NCBI RefSeq assembly: GCF_009914755.1
Contig: NC_060933.1
Length of the DNA stretch: 64,000 nt
Source of the DNA: the human T2T-CHM13v2.0 reference genome, Homo sapiens
Reading direction: 5' to 3' (one strand)
Below are positions 55,901 through 64,000 of this stretch, one piece after another; within the stretch, counting starts at the first letter, position 1; each line of letters begins with the position of its first letter. The notes under the pieces are model-generated. The model ran no database searches. It was not told where the DNA came from and was given only the letters and a program-made list of their open reading frames with translations. The position numbers were made by a program, and so were the translations under genes.

Positions 55901-58719
55901 GGGTAGTTTCAATTCCATTCCATTCCATTCCTCTCCATTCCATTGCACTCGGGTTGATTCCATTCCATTGCATTCCATTCCATTCCATTCAATTCCATTC
56001 CGTTCCATTCCATTACATTACATTCGGATTGATTCTATTCAACTCCCTTACTCTCCATTACATTCCATTCCATTCGGGTTGTTCCATTCCATTCCATTCC
56101 ATTCCACTCCATTCCATTGCACTCGGGTTGATTCCATTCCATTCCATTCCATTCCATTCCATTCCATTCCATTCCATTCCAATTCTTTCCATTCCATTCT
56201 ATTCCGTACCAAGCCATTCCATTCCATACAATTCCATTCCATTCCATTCCACTCCGTTCCGTTCCGTTCCGTTCCGTTCCGTTCCATTCCTTTCCATTCC
56301 ATTCTATTCGGTTTAATTCCATTCCATTCCATTCCATTCCATTCCATTCTATTCCATTCCATTGCAATCGAGTTGAATCCATTGCATTCCATTCCATTCC
56401 ATTCCATTCCATTCCATTCCATTCCGGAAGATTCCATTCCATTGCATTCCATTCCATTCCATTCCTTTCCATTCCATTCCATTCCATTGTACTCGGGTTG
56501 ATTCCATTCCATTGCATTCCATTCCATTCCATTCCATTCCATTCCATTCCATTACTTTCGGATTGATTCTTTTCAACTCCCTTACTCTCCATTACATTCC
56601 ATTCCATTCGGGTTGTTCCATTCCATTTCATTCCATTCCACTCCATTCCATTGCACTCGGGTTGATTCTATTCCAATCCATTCCATTCCATTCCGGATGA
56701 TTCCATTCCATTGCATTCCGTTCCATTCCATTCCCCTGCACTCGCGTTCATTCCATTCCATTCCATTCCATTCCTTTCCATTCCAGTCCTTTCCATTCGA
56801 TTCCACTCGGGTTGATTCCATTCTATTAGTTTCCATTCCATTCCATTCCCTTCCTTTCTACTCTGGTTGATTCCATTCCTTTCCATTCCACTCGAATACA
56901 TTCCTTCCTATTCCACTCGGAACGATTCCATTCCATTCCATTCCATTCCATTCCATTCCATTCCATTCCATTTCGTTCCATTCCATTCTATTCCGTATCA
57001 TTCCATTCCATTGCATTCCATTCCATTCCATTCCATTCCGTTCCATTCCATTCCATTACATTCGGATTGATTCTATTCAATTCCCTTACACTCCATTACA
57101 TTCCATTCCATTGGGGTAGTTTCCATTCCATTCCATTCCATTCCTCTCCATTCCATTGCACTCGGGTTGATTCCATTCCATTGCATTCCATTCCATTCCA
57201 TTCCATTCCATTCCGTTGCATTCCATTCCATTACATTCGGATTGATTCTATTCAACTCCCTTACTCTCCATTACATTCCATTCCATTCGGGTTGTCCCAT
57301 TCCATTCCATTCCATTCCACTCCATTCCATTGCACTCGGGTTGATTCCATTCCATTCCATTCCATTCCATTCCATTCCATTCCATTCCGGCAGATTCCAT
57401 TCCATTGCATTCCATTCCATTCCATTCCCCTGCACTCGTGTTGATTCCATTCCATTCCATTCAATTCCATTCCGTTCCATTCCATTCCATTCCTTTCCGT
57501 TCCATTCCATTCCATTCCATTCCATTCCATTCCATTCCGTTCCGTTCCATTCCATTCCATTCCATTCAATTCCATTCCATTCCATTCCATTCCATTCCAT
57601 TCCTTTCCGTTCCATTCCATTCCATTCCATTCCATTCCATTCCATTCCATTCCGTTCCGTTCCGTTCCATTCCATTACATTCCATTCTATTCGGGTCAAT
57701 TCAATTCCATTCCATTCGATTGCAATCGAGTTGATTCCATTCCATTCCATTCCATTCCATTCCATTCCATTCCTTTCCATTTCATTACGGATGATTCCAT
57801 TCCATTACATTCCATTCCATTCCATTGCCCTGTACTCGGGTTGATTCCATTCCATTCCATTGCAATCCATGCCATTCCACTCGTGTTGATTCCATTCTTT
57901 CCATTCCATTCAAGTTGAATCCATTCCATTGCATTCCATTCCATTCCATTCCATTCCGTTCCGTTCCATTCCATTCCATTCCATTCTATTCGGGTTAAAT
58001 CCATTCCATTCCATTCCATTCCATTCCATTCCAATCGAGTTGATTCCATTCCATTCCATTCCATTCCATTCCACTCCATTCCACTCCTTTCCATTCCATT
58101 CCACTCGGCTTGATTCCAATGTATTCCTTTCCATTCCATTCCATTCCATTGCAATCGAGTTGATTCCATTGCTTTGCATTCCATTCCATTCCATTCCAGT
58201 CCGGATGATTCCATTCCATTGCATTCCATTCCATTCCATTCCCCTGCACTCGGGTTGATTCCATTCCATTCCACTCCATTCCGTTCCATTCTATTCCATT
58301 CCATTGTATTCGGGTTAATTCCATTCCATTCCATTCCATTCCATTCCATTCCATTCCATTACAATCGAGTTGATTCCATTCCATTCCATTCCATTCCATT
58401 CCATTCCAGTCCTTTCCGTTCCATTCCACTCGGGTTGATTCCATTCTATTAGTTTCCATTCCATTCCATTCCCTTCCATTCCACTCTGGTTGATTCCATT
58501 CCTTTCCATTCCACTCGAATACATTCCCTCCTATTCCACTCGGAACGATTCCATTCCATTCCATTCCATTCCATTCCATTCCATTCCATTTCGTTCCATT
58601 CCATTCTATTCCGTATCATTCCATTCTATTCCATTCCACTCGTGTTGAATCCATTCCTTTCCATTCCATTCGGTTTGAAGGCATTCCATTCCATTCCATT
58701 CCATTCCATTCCATTCCAT

Positions 58720-61010
58720 TCCATTCCGTTCCATTCCATTCCATTACATTCGGATTGATTCTATTCAATTCCCTTACACTCCATTACATTCCATTCCATT
58801 CGGGTAGTTTCTACTCCATTCCTTTCCATTCCTCTCCATTCCATTGCACTCGGGTTGATTCCATTCCATTGCATGCCATTCCATTCAATTCCATTCCGTT
58901 CCATTCCATTCCATTACATTCGGATTGATTCTATTCAACTCCCTTACTCTCCATTACATTCGATTCCATTCGGGTTGTTCCATTCCATTCCATTCCATTC
59001 CACTCCATTCCATTGCACTCGGGTTTATTCCATTCCATTCCATTCCTTTGCGGAAGATTCCATTCCATTGCATTCCATTACATTGCATTCCCCTGCACTC
59101 CCGTTGATTCCATTCCATTCCATTCCATTCCATTCCATTCCATTCCATTCCATTCCATTCCTTTCCGTTCCATTCCATTCCATTCCATTCCATTCCATTC
59201 CATTCCGTTCCGTTCCGTTCCATTCCATTCCATTCCATTCTATTCGGGTTAATTCCATTCCATTCCATTCGATTGCAATCGAGTTGATTCCATTCTATTC
59301 CATTCCATTCCATTCCTTTCCATTCCATTACGGATGATTCCATTCCATTGCATTCCATTCCATTCCATTCCCCTGTACTCGGGTTGATTCCATTCCATTC
59401 CATTCCAATCCATGCCATTCCACTCATGTTGATTCCATTCTTTCCATTCCATTGAAGTAGAATCCATTCCATTGCATTCCATTCCATTCGATTCCATTCG
59501 ATTGCACCCGGGTTGATTCCATTCCATTGCATTCCATTCCATTCCATTTCTTTCCATTCCATTCCTTTCCATTCCATTCCATTACATTCCATTCAATTGC
59601 AATCGAGTTGATTCCATTCCATTCCTTTCCATTCCATTCCATTGCCTTGCATTCCACTCGGGTTGATTACATTCCCTTCTTTCCACTCCATTACATTCCC
59701 TTCCATTCCACTCGGAATGATTGATTCCATTCCATTTCATTCCATTGCAATCCATTCCAATCCATTCCGTTCCATTCCATTCCACTCGAGTTGATTTCAT
59801 TCCATTCCATTCCATTCCATTCCATTCCTTTCTACTCGAGTTGATTCCATTCCTTTCCATTCCATTGCATTCCATTCCATGCCATTCCACTCGGGTTGAT
59901 TCCATTCCATTCCATTCCATTCCATTCCATTCCATTCCATTCCATTGCATTCCATTCCATTCCTTTCCCCTGCACTCGGATTGATTCCATTCCATTCCAT
60001 TCCATTTAATTCCATTCCGTTCCATTCCATTCCATTTCATTCCAATCCGTTCCATTCCATTCCATTCCATTCCATTGCAATCGACTTGATTCCATTCCAT
60101 ACCATTCCATTCCATTCCATTCCATTCCATTCCATTCCATGCCATTCCACTCGGGTTGATTCCATTCCTTTCCATTCCATTCGGGTTGAATCCATTCCAC
60201 TCCATTCCATTCCATTTCACTCCATTCCATTGCACTCAGTTTGATTCCATTCCATTCCATTCCATTCCATTCCGGATGATTCCATTCCATTGCATTCCAT
60301 TCCATTCTATTCCCCTGCACTCGGGTTGATTCCATTCCATTCCATTCCACTCCTTTCGGTTCCGTTCCATTCCATTCTACTGCATTCCATTCTATTCGGG
60401 TAAATTCCATTCCATTCTATTCCATTCCATTCCATTCCATTCCATTGCAATGGAGTTGATTCCATTCCATTCCATTCCATTGCGGATGATTCCATTCCAT
60501 TGCAATGGAGTTGATTCCATTCCATTCCATTCCATTCCGGATGATTCCATTCCATTGCATTCCATTCCATTCCATTCCCCTGCACTCGTGTTGATTCCAT
60601 TCCCTTCCATTCCATTCAATTCCGTTCCATTCCATTGCATTCCATTCTATTCCGGATAATTCCATTCCATTCCATTCCATTCCATTCCATTCCATTCCAT
60701 TCCATTGCAATCGAGTTGATTCCATTCCATTCCTTTCCATTCCATTCCATTGCCTTGCATTCCACTCGGGTTGATTCCATTCCCTTCTTTCCACTCCATT
60801 ATATTCCCTTCCATTCCACTCGGAATGATTGATTCTATTCCATTCCATTCCATTTTATTCCATTGCAATCCATTCCAATCCATTCCATTCCATTCCATTC
60901 CACTCGAGTTGATTTCATTCCATTCCTTTCCATTCCATTCCATTCCTTTCCACTCGAGTTGATTCCATTCCATTCCATTCCATTGCATTCCATTCCATGC
61001 CATTCCACTC
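58720..61010 (-). repeat. Long-range paralog of the ~8500-12740 region
   Basis: Rare markers in the same order: GGAATGATTGATT (11344, 12552 vs 59714, 60822), TCGACTTG (11716 vs 60081), TCGGTTCCGTT, TGCAATGGAGTTG, TTGCC(C/T)TGC; offset ~48.2-48.4 kb. Confidence 0.8.
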
Positions 61011-64000
61011 GTGTTGATTCCATTCTTTCCATTCCATTCAAGTTGGTTCCATTCTATTGCATTCCATTCCATTCGATTCCATTCGATTGCACTCGGGTTG
61101 ATTCCATTCCATTGCATTCCATTCCATTCCATTCCATTCCATTCCATTCCATTCCATTCCGTTCCATTCCATTCCATTACATTCGGATTGATTCTATTCA
61201 ATTCCCTTACACTCCATTACATTCCATTCCATTCGGGTAGTTTCCATTCCATTCCATTCCATTCCTCTCCATTCCATTGCACTAGGGTTGATTCCATTCC
61301 ATTGCATTCCATTCCATTCCATTCAATTCCATTCCGTTCCATTCCACTCCATTACATTCGGATTGATTCTATTCAACTCCCTTACTCTCCATGACATTCC
61401 ATTCCATTCGGGTTGTTCCATTCCATTCCATTCCATTCCACTCCATTCCATTGCACTCGGGTTGATTCCATTCCATTCCATTCCATTCCGGATTATTCCA
61501 TTCCATTGCATCTCATTCCATTACATTCCCCTGCACTCGCGTTTATTCCATTCCATTCCATTCCATTCCATTCAATTCCATTCCATTACAATTCGTTCCA
61601 TTCCATTCTATTCCGTACCATTCCATTCCATTCCATACCATTCCATTCCATTCCATTCCATTCCATTCCGTTCCATTCCGTTCCATTCCATTCCATTCCA
61701 TTCTATTCGGGTTAATTCCATTCCATTCCATTCCATTCCATTCCATTGCAATCGAGTTGAATCCATTGCATTTCATTCCATTCCATTCCATTCCATTCCA
61801 TTCCGGAAGATTCCATTCCATTGCATTCCATTCCATTCCATTCCATTCCATTCCGGAAGATTCCATTCCATTGCATTCCATTCCATTCCATTCCCCTGCA
61901 CTCGCGTTGATTCCATCCCATTCCATTCCATTCCATTCCATTCCATTCCATTCCGTTCCGTTCCGTTCCATTCCTTTCCATTCAATTCCATTCCATTCCC
62001 TTCCGTTCCATTCCATTCCATTCCATTCTATTCGGGTTAATTCCATTCCATTCCATTCGATTGCAATCGAGTTGATTCCATTCCATTCCATTCCATTCCA
62101 TTCCATTCCATTCCATTCCATTCCATTCCTTTCCATTCCTTTACGGATGATTCCATTCCATTGCATTCCATTCCATTCCATTCCCCTGTACTCGGGTTGA
62201 TTCCATTCCATTTCATTCCAATCCATGCCATTCCACTCGTGTTGATTCCATTCTTTCCATTCCATTCAAGTTGAATCCATTCCATTGCATTCCATTCCAT
62301 TCGATTCCTTTCGATTGCACGCGGGTTGATTCCATTTCATTGCATTCCATTCCATTCCATTCCATTCCATTCCATTCCATTGCATTCCGTTCCTCTCCAT
62401 TCCATTGCACTCGGGTTGATTCCATTCCATTGCATTCCATTCCATTCCATTCAATTCCATTCCGTTCCATTCCATTCCATTACATTCGGATTGATTCTAT
62501 TCAACTCCCTTACTCTCCATTACATTCCATTCCATTCGGGTTGTTCCATTCCATTCCATTCCATTCCACTCCATTCCATTGCACTCGGGTTGATTCCATT
62601 CCATTCCATTCCATTCCATTCCATTCCATTCCATTCCGGAAGATTCCATTCCATTGCATTCCATTCCATTCCATTCCCCTGCACTCGCGTTGATTCCATT
62701 CCATTCCATTCCATTCCATTCCATTCCATTCCATTCCGTTCTGTTCCGTTCCGTTCCATTCCATTTCATTCCATTCCGTTCTGTTCCATTCCATTCCATT
62801 CCATTCTATTCGGGTTAATTCCATTCCATTCCATTCCATTGCAATCGAGTTGATTCCATTCCATTCCATTCCATTCCATTCCTTTCCATTCCATTACGGA
62901 TGATTCCATTCCATTGCATTCCATTCCATTCCATTCCCCTGTACTCGGGTTGATTCCATTCCATTCCATTCCAATCCATGCCATTCCACTCGTGTTGATT
63001 CCATTCTTTCCATTTCATTCAAGTTGAATCCATTCCATTGCATTCCATTCCATTCGATTCCATTCGATTGCACTTGGGTTGATTCCATTCCATTGCATTC
63101 CATTCCATTCCATTCCATCCCATTCCATTCCGTTCCATTCCATTCCATTACATTCGGATTGATTCTATTCAATTCCCTTACACTCCATTACATTCCATTC
63201 CATTCGGGTAGTTTCCATTCCATTCCATTCCATTCCTCTCCATTCCATTGCACTCGGGTTGATTCCATTCCATTGCATTCCATTCCATTCAATTCCATTC
63301 CGTTCCATTCCATTCCATTACATTCGGATTGATTCTATTCAACTCCCTTACACTCCATTCCATTCCATTCCATTCGGGTTGTTCCATTCCATTCCATTCC
63401 ATTCCACTCCATTCCATTGCACTCGGGTTCATTCCATTCCATTCCATTCCATTCCATTCCATTCCATTCCGGAAGATTCCATTCCATTGCATTCCATTCC
63501 ATTCCATTCCCCTGCACTCGCGTTGATTCCATTCCATTCCATTCTATTCCATTCCATTCCCTTCCTTTCCGTTCCATTCCATTCCATTCCATTCCGTTCC
63601 GTTCCGTTCCGTTCCATTCCATTCCATTCCATTCTATTCGGGTTAATTCCATTCCATTCCATTCGATTGCAATCGAGTTGATTCCATTCCATTCCATTCC
63701 ATTCCATTCCATTCCATTCCATTCCTTTCCATTCCATTACGGATGATTCCATTCCATTGCATTCCATTCCATTCCATTCCCCTGTACTCGGGTTGATTAC
63801 ATTCCATTCCATTCCAATCCATGCCATTCCACTCGTGTTGATTCCATTCTTTCCATTCCATTCAAGTTGAATCCATTCCGTTGCAATCCATTCCATTCGA
63901 TTCCATTCGATTGCACTCGGGTTGATTCCATTCCATTGCATTCCATTCCATTCCATTCCATTCCGTTCCATTCCATTTCATTACATTCAGATTGATTCTG

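Larger units (their letters stand above)
8490..64000 (-). repeat. Satellite III (HSat3) array, opposite orientation ((CATTC)n on +)
   Basis: Continuous CATTC pentamers with the reverse-complement landmarks (ACTCGGGTTG, ACTCGTGTTG, AATCGAGTTG, CCGGATG) to the window end. No second orientation switch and no non-satellite insert seen. Confidence 0.97.

Noticed and set aside
4-63971. Several hundred ORFs of 60-503 aa in all six frames
   Set aside because: All are low-complexity MEWNG/IPFHS translations overlapping on both strands, with no domain, frame preference or gene signals. Expected from a stop-free pentamer.
1-64000. Alu/L1 insertion, alpha satellite or CENP-B box, telomeric repeat, rRNA/tRNA
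   Set aside because: No poly-A tail, 171-bp periodicity, TTAGGG run or any non-pentamer stretch longer than a few tens of bases was seen.
1-64000. Definite assignment to chr9 HSat3B5
   Set aside because: The motifs and the inversion are compatible, but chromosome and subfamily cannot be fixed without k-mer or alignment searches.

Overview
The whole 64-kb window is pericentromeric classical satellite DNA of the human/primate Satellite III (HSat3) type: diverged (GGAAT)n/(CATTC)n pentamers interrupted every ~30-100 bp by recurrent landmark motifs such as CAACCCGAGT, CAACACGAGT, CAACTCGATT and CATCCGG. I found no credible protein-coding gene, RNA gene, transposon insertion or CRISPR array. All listed ORFs are artefactual MEWNG/IPFHS pentapeptide translations of the stop-free pentamer. 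The real structure is: (1) one sharp strand inversion at ~8490 (GGAAT on + before, CATTC on + after) with ACTC microhomology and a 12-bp hairpin; (2) nested higher-order duplications (3 x ~2.13 kb, ~977 bp, ~3.88 kb, ~3.17 kb, ~3.62 kb, ~4.07 kb) and a paralogous block ~48.3 kb away; (3) a distinct, more diverged sub-domain at ~43.5-53.0 kb; (4) about 32 perfect three-unit heat-shock elements (nTTCnnGAAnnTTCn) made by one landmark variant, none of them in the diverged sub-domain. I do not see a novel gene system. The motif set resembles HSat3B-type arrays such as chr9q12, but that assignment is inference. All coordinates, periods and counts were read by eye.
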